Assembly (NCBI GenBank): GCA_964016885.1
Contig: OZ024759.1
Coordinates: 8,556,001 to 8,620,000, forward strand
Direction: 5' to 3'
From: Eledone cirrhosa
Lineage: Eukaryota
DNA length: 64,000 nt
Part shown: piece by piece, positions 1-11,321 of the stretch
Position numbering within the stretch: the stretch's first letter is position 1
Layout of the letters: the number at the start of each line of letters is the position of its first letter
Translations under genes and position numbers: made by a program
Notes under the pieces: generated by a model
What the model was told of the DNA's origin: nothing
Seen by the model: the letters and a program-made list of their open reading frames with translations, nothing else
Databases searched by the model: none

Positions 1-149
1 GCTGATCTCATGGCAGACATGTCGAAGGGAGCTGGACTGGAAAGGATCTGTCCAACCCATGCAAGCATGAAAAGGTGGTTGTAAAAAGGATGATGATGAT
101 GATGCAAGTATTTGGAGCATACCATTATATCTCCCATTTATATCCCCTA

Positions 150-350
150 AGGGCGGTGAATTGGCAGTATCGGTAGAGGGTCGGACATGCTTTCCAGCAT
201 AGTTACGTCCCTTTACGATCTGAGTTCAAATCTAGCCGAGGTTGACTTTGCCTTTCATCCATACAGGAGTCGATAAAATAAAGTACCAGTAATTTACTGG
301 GATAATTGCTGGCCTTGTCTATAGTAGAAACAATTATATCTCCTATTTGT
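150..350 (+). mobile_element. SINE family B (central motif GCCTTTCATCC...GTCGATAAAATAAAGTACCAG; Meta/Nin-type domain-like)
   Basis: B-box-like GAGTTCAAATC; related copies at ~1735-1830, 10055-10970 (split), 40497-40623, 60350-60510 and 63445-63570. Domain name recalled, not verified by search. Confidence 0.7.
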
Positions 351-536
351 CTTTGAAACTCTAAAACAGGTTTATAAGCACTGCTCTGCCCTCCCTCACT
401 AAACATTATCTTCATCATTATTCCGTCCTATTTTCCATGGTGGCATGAGATGTAGGAGATATTTTGTGATGTTTGACGCCTGCCGCATGTCAACACCTTT
501 AGTCTCCTCTTACAGCAGGGATTTCATGTACCTATT

Positions 537-877
537 GGAGGCACATGGCTTAGTGGTTAGAGCATTGGCCTTGCAATCGAAAGGTTGTGAGTTCAATTCT
601 CAGACCGGGTGATGTGTTGTTTCCTTGAGCAAGACACTTTATTTCACATTGCTCCAGTTTACTCAGCTGTAGAAATGAGATGATAGGGACTGGGGTCCCT
701 ATCATTCCACTGCAAAGTGGTCGTGGAGGTGCCACGGCAAAAAAGCACCCAGCACTCACTGTAAATAATGAGGTTGGTGTTAGGAAGGGCATCCAGCTGT
801 AGAAATCAAGCCAGCATCAGTTCCCGTCCCACCCTTGCAAGCAGGGAGAAGCGGACGTAAAATGAAAAATGAAATGA
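537..877 (+). mobile_element. tRNA-headed CORE-type SINE (family A) with RTE-derived 3' tail
   Basis: A-box TGGCTTAGTGG, B-box GAGTTCAATTC, CORE-like CCTTGAGCAAGACACTT...CAGTTTACTCAGCTGTAGAAATGAG, tail GGACGTAAAATGA. Five near-identical copies in the window. Confidence 0.85.
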
Positions 878-993
878 ATTCTAAAACTCAGGATAAAACA
901 ACAGTTAAAATAAATGAGAATGTACAGCAGTACCTGTAGAGTTTGAAACTGATAACAAAGGTTTGATTGATCTTTGTTTTGTATATTTGTAAG

Positions 994-1090
994 GTTAGAG
1001 GAACTTTTGGTAAAACATCCACCTGAAGAAGTTGAATCTCGGAGATGGCAGAAGATTGCTGCTGCATTAGGTAACAGGACTACACAACAG
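994..1090 (+). CDS. ZZZ3: ZZZ3 internal exon (SANT/Myb-like domain, first part); gene begins upstream of the window
   Basis: AG at 992-993 and GTATGT donor at 1091. Translates [32 protein letters not shown], recognisable as the ZZZ3 SANT motif ([19 protein letters not shown]). Exact acceptor less certain than the donor. Confidence 0.9.
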
Positions 1091-1104
1091 GTATGTATTG
1101 ATTT

Positions 1105-1572
1105 CTACAGGTTTGACTAATCATAGCAGGGATACAGCTAGGTTTGACCAATCATAGCAGGGCTACAGGTTTGACCAATCACAACAGGGCTACAGGTTTG
1201 ACCAATCACAAGAGGGCTACAGGTGTGACCAATCATAACAGGTCTACATTTTTGACCAATCATAGCAGGGCTACAGGTTTGACCAATCATAGCAGGGCTA
1301 CAGGTTTGACCAATCATAGCAGGGCTACATTTTTGACCAATCATAACAGGGCTATAGGTTTGACCAATCATAGCAGGGCTACAGGTTTGACCAATCACAA
1401 CAGGGCTACAGGTTTGACCAATCACAACAGGGCTACATTTTTGACCAATCATAGCAGGGCTACAGGTTTGACCAATCATAACAGGGCTACATTGTTGACC
1501 AATCATAGCAGGGCTACAGGTTTGACCAATCATAGCAGGGCTACAGGTTTGACCAATCGTAGCAGGGCTACA
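1105..1572 (+). repeat. 27-bp minisatellite (~17 copies) TACAGGTTTGACCAATCATAGCAGGGC
   Basis: Directly visible; 9-aa ORF periodicity. Confidence 0.95.
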
Positions 1573-1957
1573 GTCACTGTTTTCAAGATGTGTCAGAGGA
1601 CCACAACTTAAATACATTCCATTATTCTGTGGAGTTTCTAAAGAATCAATAAACAATATAAAATAAAGTCTAATTATATATAAAGCAGAAACTGTAGAGA
1701 AGTGGTTTTATTGTTATTTTATGTATTTTCAAGGACAGGAGGTTGGCAGAGCTGGTAAAATGTCCGACAAATGCTTGTCCGCAGATCAAATCCTGCCAAG
1801 ATTACCTTTGCCTTTTGCCATTGAGGTTTTTTGGCCAAAGGTTCAATTGACCCTTCAAGTAGTATGATTAACCCCTAGGGGTTGATATTAACCCATTTAG
1901 AAACTGTTGATATAAAGGACCTCTCATTAGTTCAACTTAATTTCTTCTTTACTGAAG

Positions 1958-2053
1958 GTTGCCAGTCGCGTACAGAAGTATTTCATTAAATTAGCCAAAG
2001 CTGGGCTGCCAGTTCCTGGTCGAACACCAAATCTTACATCTTACACACGAAAG
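1958..2053 (+). CDS. ZZZ3: ZZZ3 exon (SANT domain, second part)
   Basis: Pyrimidine tract plus AAG acceptor and GTAAGT donor; 96 nt, phase 0. Translates [32 protein letters not shown]. Confidence 0.95.
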
Positions 2054-2716
2054 GTAAGTTGTTTATACTTCATCTTTCTCTCTTCATCATCATCATGTCC
2101 ACTTTTTCATACTGGGCATGGCTTGGGTGGGACCTTCAGAGGCAACAGCTAGATGCCCTTCCTGGCACCAATCCTTTTAGTTGCTTCTGCCAACATACAG
2201 CGATATGTTCTATGCATTCTAAACTAGATAAAACTGTATAATAATTTCAAGTACTCCGTTAAATAAAACATAAAACACATAATATTGTGTATCCATTCTT
2301 CTCTAAATATAAATATTTCTCTTTCAATTATCATTTTATGTAGATTTTCCAATCTGGCATGGGTTGGTGAGGATTTTTTTGAGGCAATGTTTTACAACCA
2401 GATTCCCTTCCAGACACAACACTTACTGTCACATCTTATGACAGCCTTTCTAAATGAGATACACACTAGCATTTACATATTTGTTCTAGCCTTTTATCCG
2501 GTCTTGCAGAAGCTGTTCTATGTTATTCACAACACCTGTCACATTAATCCAATGTTAATTAACCCTTTCGTGACTGTATTTCTAATGAAATTCTATTTTT
2601 ATTAATTAATAAAGAATTTTGAGAGATTTATTTAAATCATGTCTTTCACTATAACATACGGTTCTTATTGACAGCATTCAAAATTTAACAAATAAAAACT
2701 TGACTTTGTCTTTCAG

Positions 2717-2890
2717 ACTGGACATCGACATCAACGATATAACCGTTTCTACCACCAGTCGACCTTCCTGCAAGCACATGAACTCCCTGTCTACATGTCT
2801 GATAATGATGATGACAGCAGTCACAGTGTTGATGGCTGCAATTCATATGCAACAGATACATTGCATGCTGAACACAGCAAGGACTTCTCG
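2717..2890 (+). CDS. ZZZ3: ZZZ3 exon
   Basis: TTTCAG acceptor and GTAAGT donor; 174 nt. Translates TGHRHQRYNRFYHQSTFLQAHELPVYMSDNDDDSSHS...KDFS, matching the ZZZ3 STF..HE.PVYM motif. Confidence 0.9.
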
Positions 2891-2967
2891 GTAAGTCAGT
2901 CTGTTTTATACATATATCTTACCCATATATATGTACATTGAGATTTATATACAGATTTATACTGTGG

Positions 2968-5900
2968 GTGGTGGTGCTGGTACTCTGAGAAATGGCACCC
3001 AGTCTGCTCTGTAATGTGGTGGTCCTGGTACTCTGAGAAATGGCACCCAGTCTGCTCTGTAAAGTGGTAGTGCTGGTACTCTGAGAAATGGCACCCAGTC
3101 TGCTCTGTAAAGTGGTGGTGCTGGTACTCTGAGAAATGGCACCCAGTCTGCTCTGTAAATTGGTAGTGCTGGTACTGAGAAATGGCACCCAGTCTGCTCT
3201 GTAAAGTGGTAGTGCTGGTACTCTGAGAAATGGCACCCAGTCTGCTCTGTAATGTGGTGGTGCTGGTACTCTGAGAAATGGCACCCAGTCTGCTCTGTAA
3301 TGTGGTGGTGCTGGTACTCTGAGAAATGGCACCCAGTCTGCTCTGTAAAGTGGTAGTGCTGGTACTCTGAGAAATGGCACCCAGTCTGCTCTGTAATGTG
3401 GTGGTGCTGGTACTCTGAGAAATGGCACCCAGTCTGCTCTGTAAAGTGGTAGTGCTGGTACTCTGAGAAATGGCACCCAGTCTGCTCTGTAAAGTGGTAG
3501 TGCTGGTACTCTGAGAAATGGCACCCAGTCTGCTCTGTAAATTGGTAGTGCTGGTACTGAGAAATGGCACCCAGTCTGCTCTGTAAAGTGGTAGTGCTGG
3601 TACTCTGAGAAATGGCACCCAGTCTGCTCTGTAAAGTGGTAGTGCTGGTACTCTGAGAAATGGCACCCAGTCTGCTCTGTAAAGTGGTGGTGCTGGTACT
3701 CAGAGAAATGGCACCCAATCTGCTCTGTAATGTGGTGGTGCTGGTACTCAGAGAAATGGCACCCAGTCTGCTCTGTAAATTGGTGGTGCTGGTACTCTGA
3801 AAAATGGCACCCAGTCTGCTCTGTAAAGTGGTGGTGCTGGTACTCTGAGAAATGGCACCCAGTCTGCTCTGTAAATTGGTAGTGCTGGTACTCTGAGAAA
3901 TGGCACCCAGTCTGCTCTGTAAATTGGTAGTGCTGGTACTCTGAGAAATGGCACCCAGTCTGCTCTGTAAATTGGTAGTGCTGGTACTCTGAGAAATGGC
4001 ACCCAGTCTGCTCTGTAAATTGGTAGTGCTGGTACTCTGAGAAATGGCACCCAGTCTGCTCTGTAAAGTGGTAGTGCTGGTACTCTGAGAAATGGCACCC
4101 AGTCTGCTCTGTAAATTGGTAGTGCTGGTACTGAGAAATGGCACCCAGTCTGCTCTGTAAAGTGGTAGTGCTGGTACTCTGAGAAATGGCACCCAGTCTG
4201 CTCTGTAAAGTGGTAGTGCTGGTACTCTGAGAAATGGCACCCAGTCTGCTCTGTAAAGTGGTGGTGCTGGTACTCAGAGAAATGGCACCCAATCTGCTCT
4301 GTAATGTGGTGGTGCTGGTACTCAGAGAAATGGCACCCAGTCTGCTCTGTAAATTGGTGGTGCTGGTACTCTGAAAAATGGCACCCAGTCTGCTCTGTAA
4401 AGTGGTGGTGCTGGTACTCTGAGAAATGGCACCCAGTCTGCTCTGTAAATTGGTAGTGCTGGTACTCTGAGAAATGGCACCCAGTCTGCTCTGTAAATTG
4501 GTAGTGCTGGTACTCTGAGAAATGGCACCCAGTCTGCTCTGTAAAGTGGTAGTGCTGGTACTCTGAGAAATGGCACCCAGTCTGCTCTGTAAAGTGGTAG
4601 TGCTGGTACTCTGAGAAATGGCACCCAGTCTGCTCTGTAAAGTGGTGGTGCTGGTACTCAGAGAAATGGTACCCAGTCTGCTCTGTAATGTGGTGGTGCT
4701 GGTACTCAGAGAAATGGCACCCAGTCTGCTCTGTAAATTGGTGGTGCTGGTACTCTGAGAAATGACACCCAGTCTGCTCTGTAATGTGGTGGTGCTGGTA
4801 CTCAGAGAAAAGGCACCCAGTCTGCTCTGTAAAGTGGTAGTGCTGGTACTCTGAGAAATGGCACCCAGTCTGCTCTGTAAAGTGGTGGTGCTGGTACTCA
4901 GAGAAATGGCACCCAGTCTGCTCTGTAATGTGGTGGTGCTGGTACTCAGAGAAATGGCACCCAGTCTGCTCTGTAAATTGGTGGTGCTGGTACTCTGAGA
5001 AATGACACCCAGTCTGCTCTGTAATGTGGTGGTGCTGGTACTCTGAGAAATGGCACCCAGTCTGCTCTGTAAATTGGTGGTGCTGGTACTCTGAGAAATG
5101 GCACCCAGTCTGCTCTGTAAAGTGGTAGTGCTAGTACTCGGAGAAATGGCACCCAGTCTGCTCTGTAAAGTGGTGGTGCTGGTACTCAGAGAAATGGCAC
5201 CCAGTCTGCTCTGTAAAGTGGTGGTGCTGGTACTCAGAGAAATGGCACCCAGTCTGCTCTGTAAAGTGGTGGTGCTGGTACTCGGAGAAATGGCACCCAG
5301 TCTGCTGTGTAAAGTGGTGGTGCTGGTACTCTGAGAAATGGCACCCAGTCTGCTCTGTAAATTGGTGGTGCTGGTACTCAGAGAAATGGCACCCAGTCTG
5401 CTCTGTAATGTGGTGGTGCTGGTACTCTGAGAAATGGCTCCCAGTCTGCTCTGTAAAGTGGTAGTGCTGGTACTCTGAGAAATGGCACCAAGTCTGCTCT
5501 GTAAATTGGTGGTGCTGGATTCTGAGAAATGGCACCCAGTCTGCTCTGTAAAGTGGTGGTGCTGGTACTCTGAGAAATGGCACCAAGTCTGCTCTGTAAA
5601 GTGGTGGTGCTGGTACTCAGAGAAATGGCACCCAGTCTGCTCTGTAAAGTGGTGGTGCTGGTACTCTGAGAAATGGCACCCAGTCTGCTCTGTGAAGTGG
5701 TGGTGCTGGTACTCAGAGAAATGGCACCCAGTCTGCTCTGTAAAGTGGTGGTGCTGGTACTCTGAGAAATGGCACACAGTCTGCTCTGTAAAGTGGTGGT
5801 GCTGGATTCTGAGAAATGGCACCCAGTCTGCTCTGTAAAGTGGTGGTGCTGGTACTCTGAGAAATGGCACCCAGTCTGCTCTGTAAATTGGTGGTGCTGG

Positions 5901-6903
5901 ATTCTGAGAAATGGCACCCAGTCTGCTCTGTAAAGTGGTGGTGCTGGTACTCTGAGAAATGGCACCCAGTCTGCTCTGTAAATTGGTGGTGCTGGTACTC
6001 AGAGAAATGGCACCCAGTCTGCTCTGTAAAGTGGTGGTGCTGGTACTCAGAGAAATGGCACCAAGTCTGCTCTGTAAAGTGGTGGTGCTAGTACTCAGAG
6101 AAATGGCACCCAGTCTGCTCTGTAAATTGGTGGTGCTGGTACTCTGAGAAATGGCACCCAGTCTGCTCTGTAAAGTGGTGGTGCTAGTACTCTGAGAAAT
6201 GGCACCAAGTCTGCTCTGTAAATTGGTGGTGCTGGTACTCTGAGAAATGGCACACAGTCTGCTCTGTAAAGTGGTGGTGCTGGATTCTGAGAAATGGCAC
6301 CCAGTCTGCTCTGTAAAGTGGTGGTGCTGGTACTCTGAGAAATGGCACCCAGTCTGCTCTGTAAATTGGTGGTGCTGGTACTCTGAGAAATATCACCCAG
6401 TCTGCTCTATAAAGTGGTGGTGCTGGTACTCAGAGAAATGGCACCCAGTCTGCTCTGTAAAGTGGTGGTGCTGGATTCTGAGAAAAGGCACCCAGTCTGC
6501 TGTGTAAAGTGGTGGTGCTGGTACTCTGAGAAATGGCACCAAGTCTGCTCTGTAAAGTGGTGGTGCTGGTACGCTGAGAAATGGCACCCTGTCTGCTCTG
6601 TAAAGTGGTGGTGCTGGTACTCAGAGAAATGGCACCCAGTCTGCTCTGTAAAGTGGTGGTGCTGGTACTCAGAGAAATGGCACCCTGTCTGCTCTGTAAA
6701 GTGGTGGTGCTGGTACTCAGAGAAATGGCACCCAGTCTGCTCTGTAAAGTGGTGGTGCTGGTACTCAGAGAAATGGCACCCAGTCTGCTCTGTAAAGTGG
6801 TGGTGCTGGTACTCTGAGAAATGGCACCCAGTCTGCTCTGTAAAGTGGTGGTGCTGGTACTCAGAGAAATGGCACCCTGTCTGCTCTGTAAAGTGGTGGT
6901 GCC
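2968..6903 (+). repeat. 48-bp minisatellite (~82 copies) GGTACTCTGAGAAATGGCACCCAGTCTGCTCTGTAAAGTGGTRGTGCT
   Basis: Directly visible; 16-aa ORF periodicity. Confidence 0.97.
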
Positions 6904-6944
6904 AAAATAAAAAAACATCCAGTCCATCTTGTAGAGTAATAGAA

Positions 6945-8420
6945 TGGGTGCCATGATGAAATACACCCAGTACACTCTGTAAAGTGGTAGTGTGGGTGCC
7001 ATAATATACACCCAGTGCACTCTGTAAAGTGGTAGTGTGGGTGCCATAATAATATACACCCAGTGCACTCTGTAAAGAGGTAGTGTTGGTGTCATAATAA
7101 AATACACCCAGTGCACTCTGTACAGTGGTAGTGTTGGTGTCATAATAAAATACACCCAGTACACTCTGTAAAGTGGTAGTGTTGGTGTCATAATAAAATA
7201 CACCCAGTGCACTCTGTAAAGTGGTAGTGTTGGTGTCATAATAAAATACACCCAATACACTCTGTAAAGTGGTAGTGTTGGTGTCATAATAAAATACACC
7301 CAGTGCACTCTGTAAAGAGGTAGTGTTGGTGTCATAATAATATACACCCAGTGCACTCTGTAAAGAGGTAGTGTTGGTGTCATAATAAAATACACCCAGT
7401 ACACTCTGTAAAGAGGTAGTGTTGGTGTCATAATAATATACACCCAGTGCACTCTGTAAAGAGGTAGTGTTGGTGTCATAATAAAATACACCCAGTACAC
7501 TCTGTAAAGTGGTAGTGTTGGTGTCATAATAAAATACCCCCAGTGCACTCTGTAAAGTGGTAGTGTTGGTGTCATAATAAAATACACCCAGTACACTCTG
7601 TAAAGAGGTAGTGTTGGTGTCATAATAATATACACCCAGTGCACTCTGTAAAGAGGTAGTGTTGGTGTCATAATAAAATACCCCCAGTGCACTCTGTAAA
7701 GTGGTAGTGTTGGTGCCATAATAAAATACACCCAGTACACTCTGTAAAGAGGTAGTGTTGGTGTCATAATAATATACACCCAGTGCACTCTGTAAAGAGG
7801 TAGTGTTGGTGTCATAATAAAATACACCCAGTGCACTCTGTAAAGTGGTAGTGTGGGTGCCATAATAAAATACACCCAGTACACTCTGTAAAGTGTTAGT
7901 GTGGGTGTCATAATAAAATACACCCAGAACACTCTGTAAAGTGTTAGTGTGGGTGTCATAATAAAATACACCCAGTACACTCTGTAAAGAGGTAGTGTTG
8001 GTGTCATAATAAAATACACCCAGTACACTGTGTAAAGTGGTAGTGTTGGTGTCATAATAAAATACACCCAGTACACTCTGTAAAGTGGTAGTGTTGGTGT
8101 CATGATAAAATACACCCAGTGCACTGTGTAAAGTGTTAGTGCCATGATAAAATACACCCAGTACACTCTGTAAGTGTTAGTGTTGGTGTCATGATAAAAT
8201 ACACCCAGTGCACTCTGTAAAGAGGTAGTGTTGGTGTCATAATAAAATACACCCACTATACTCTGTAAAGTGTTAGTGCAGGTGCCATGATAAAATACAC
8301 CCAGTACACTCTGTAAAGTGTTAGTGCCATGATAAAATACACCCAGTACACTCTGTAAAGTGTTAGTGCCATGATAAAATACACCCAGTACACTCTGTAA
8401 GGGTTAGTGTTGGTGCCATT
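6945..8420 (+). repeat. Related 48-bp minisatellite (~31 copies) GTGTTGGTGTCATAATAAAATACACCCAGTRCACTCTGTAAAGWGGTA
   Basis: Directly visible; shares CACCCAGT...CTCTGTAAAGTGGTAGTG with the preceding array. Confidence 0.95.
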
Positions 8421-8462
8421 TCACATCTCAATAATCTTTTTTTTAAATCTTTTTCATGACAG

Positions 8463-8624
8463 GATGATGAAGATGATGATGACGACGATGATGATGATGA
8501 ATACGATAATGAAGATGATGACATTCCACCAGAGCTAAGAGATACACTGGAATATAAAGAACTGCTGAAATTGAAGAAATTGAAAATGTCTCGACTTAAT
8601 GGAGGCCAATACCAAACATTGAAA
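8463..8624 (+). CDS. ZZZ3: ZZZ3 exon (acidic tract plus helix)
   Basis: GACAG acceptor and GTTTGT donor; 162 nt. Translates DDEDDDDDDDDDEYDNEDDDIPPELRDTLEYKELLKLKKLKMSRLNGGQYQTLK (ZZZ3 IP....EYKELL..KKLK motif). Confidence 0.88.
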
Positions 8625-8788
8625 GTTTGTAGAAAAGTTTTTTTTACATTTCACAGAACCTTCGTTTTTTTAACCCCTTAAATACCAGAAACTGTTCCTT
8701 TTTTTAGGATTCTAAACTGTTTATAAGAAATGTTGAGATTTTGATATTGACCAACATCTATCCTGTCTACTTTTTATGTCTTTAGGGG

Positions 8789-9804
8789 CTTCATTAGAAA
8801 TATGGTAATGAAAGGGTTAATGACATAGACAGTGTCTTTCATTAGAAATATGGTAATGAAAGGGTTAATGACATAGACAGGTCTTTCATTAGAAATATGG
8901 TAATGGAAGGGTTAATGACATAGACAGTGTCTTTCATTAGAAATATGGTAATGAAAGGGTTAATGACATAGACAGTGTCTTTCATTAGAAATATGGTAAT
9001 GAAAGGGTTAATGACATAGACAGTGTCTTTCATTAGAAATATGGTAATGAAAGGGTTAAAGACATAGGCAGTGTCTTTCATTAGAAATATGGTAATGGTA
9101 GGGTTAATGACATAGACAGTGTCTTTCATTAGAAATATGGTAATGAAAGGGTTAATGACATAGACAGTGTCTTTCATTAGAAATATGGTAATGGTAGGGT
9201 TAATGACATAGACAGTGTCTTTCATTAGAAATATGGTAATGAAAGGGTTAATGACATAGACAATGTCTTTCATTAGAAATATGGTAATGAAAGGGTTAAT
9301 GACATAGACAGTGTCTTTCATTAGAAATATGGTAATGAAAGGGTTAATGACATAAACAGTGTCTTTCATTAGAAATATGGTAATGAAAGGGTTAATGACA
9401 TAGAGAGTGTCTTTCATTAGATATATGGTAATGAAAGGGTTAATGACATAGACAGTGTCTTTCATTAGATATATGGTAATGAAAGGGTTAATGACATAGA
9501 CAGTGTCTTTTATTAGAAATATGGTAATGAAAGGGTTAATGACATAGACAGTGTCTTTTATTAGAAATATGGTAATGAAAGGGTTAATGACATAGACAGT
9601 GTCTTTTATTAGAAATATGGTAATGAAAGGGTTAATGACATAGACAGTGTCTTTTATTAGAAATATGGTAATGAAAGGGTTAATGACATAGACAGTGTCT
9701 TTCATTAGAAATATGGTAATGAAAGGGTTAATGACATAGACAGTGTCTTTCATTAGAAATATGGTAATGAAAGGGTTAATGACATAGGTAATGAAAGGGT
9801 TAAT
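8789..9804 (+). repeat. 48-bp minisatellite (~21 copies) CTTTCATTAGAAATATGGTAATGAAAGGGTTAATGACATAGACAGTGT
   Basis: Directly visible. Confidence 0.97.
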
Positions 9805-10110
9805 CGTGACAATGTTTCCAATGAGACACTACTTCAATTGATTAACGAAGAACTTGGAGTGACTTTCTAAAATAATTATTTCATTACGATGGTATATACA
9901 ACATAACTTAATGAAAGGTTTGCAAGGCAGTGCTCCAGCATGGTCACAATTAAACGTCTGAACCCAGTTAAAGAATCTCAAGTTATGCTGGATGATTTTA
10001 ATTTAACAATTTTGTGACCATATTTCAATTAATGAAGGACTGTTCTATAATTAAGATGTGGTGGATTGGCAGTATTGGTAGAATGTCGGACAAAATACTT
10101 TACAATATTT

Positions 10111-10845
10111 AGTTGACTTTCTCAGACTCAGACGCTCCCGCGTCTTGCGACGCATGAGGCAATCATAGTGTTCCACCGCGTTCGGTCAGCAGCCAGTTGC
10201 ACAGCGTCCCGCCATTGTCTGTTTGTCGCTCGCAGGTCCCTCTCAACTGTCTGGCGCCAGTTCATTTTGGGTCGCCCTCTCCGTCTGCTTCCCTGTGGGT
10301 TCCATTTAAGTACTTGGTTCGCCAGTCTCTCCGGGGGAAGTCTCAAAGCGTGCCCAAACCAGCCCAGGCGTCGCTTGCAGATGGCAGAAGAGACTAGCTG
10401 CTGGTTGGTGCGGTTCCTGACTTCCTGGTTTGTTACATGGTCACTCCATTTAATCCCCAGGATCTTTCGCAGACACCTGGAATCGAATGCGTCCAACTTC
10501 TTCTCTTGGCTGGAAGCTTAGGTCTGTGCTAAGAAGACCAAAAGCATGTTATCTGGGACACACCCATCACCAACTAGTGTTTTCATTGAACAGGGGAGGT
10601 GGAGATAGTGGACAGCTTCACCTACCTAGGAAGCTCCATTGACAATGGGGGCGCCATGGACAGTGAATTGCAATATGGAATGGGAAAGGCTTCAGCAGCA
10701 TTTAACCAGCTTGTCAAGATCTGGAAGAGCAGGAAGTTCACCCTCAAAACAAAGATGAGATTCTACAACAGCAATGTGCTGTCCACACTCTTGTACGGAA
10801 GTGAAACATGGCACCTTAAGACCAGCCAAGAGAAGTTGACTTTCT
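10111..10845 (-). mobile_element. 5'-truncated, 5'-inverted RTE-type LINE fragment with 12-bp TSD
   Basis: Minus-strand C-terminus (LDAFDSRCLRKIL...RRLGWFGHALR...GRPK..W) at 10128-10513; plus-strand upstream part (VDSFTYLGS...LLYGSETW) at 10514-10835; AGTTGACTTTCT at 10111-10122 and 10834-10845. Confidence 0.9.
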
Positions 10846-11029
10846 GCATTGTTTAAACACCACCAAGATCAACTTTGCTTTTCATCCTTCAAAGGTCGAT
10901 AAAATAAAGTACCAGTAAACTACTGGGGTTGAGGTGATCAACTTTCTTCTACCCCACAAATTGCCAGTCTCAAGAAATAGTCAAAAATCCAAACCCCATT
11001 TATAAACCGAAGTAGTTAAATCAACATGT

Positions 11030-11194
11030 TTAACTCTTTAGCATTTAAACCGGATGTAACTGGCTACTCATACTGATGTTAAGGTATTGTTCTCCAAATA
11101 AATATTATCAAAATTTCATAGATTCAATATTATGTGAGATACGGGAGGTAAAGCCTTTGCTGTGAAAATATAAAAGTAAATGCTAAAGGGTTAA
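11030..11194. mobile_element. piggyBac-like MITE (TTAA-flanked, CCCTTTAGCATT TIR)
   Basis: TTAACTCTTTAGCATTTA...TAAATGCTAAAGGGTTAA; internal sequence shared with other copies. Confidence 0.75.
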
Positions 11195-11321
11195 AGGGTG
11201 TATATCCCCCACCCCACCCCACCCATCAATATTTTGGTCACATGATCCTCAGCTTATGCAGCAATATGTTACAAAGAATTAATAAAATGGTGTTTGTAAG
11301 ATATTTTTTTCTATGTTACAG

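Noticed and set aside
537-610. tRNA gene
   Set aside because: A and B boxes are present but there is no complete cloverleaf, and it continues into SINE core and tail.
550-792. Recurrent 65-95-aa ORF (…KLEQCEIKCLAQGNNTSPG…) at four loci
   Set aside because: Antisense translation of SINE family A copies, not a gene family.
2896-8256. Very long ORFs (up to 983 aa) with STSTTTLQSRLGAISQ or HHHFTEQTGCHFSEYQ repeats
   Set aside because: Translations of a 48-bp minisatellite that is open in several frames, inside a ZZZ3 intron; no unique domain.
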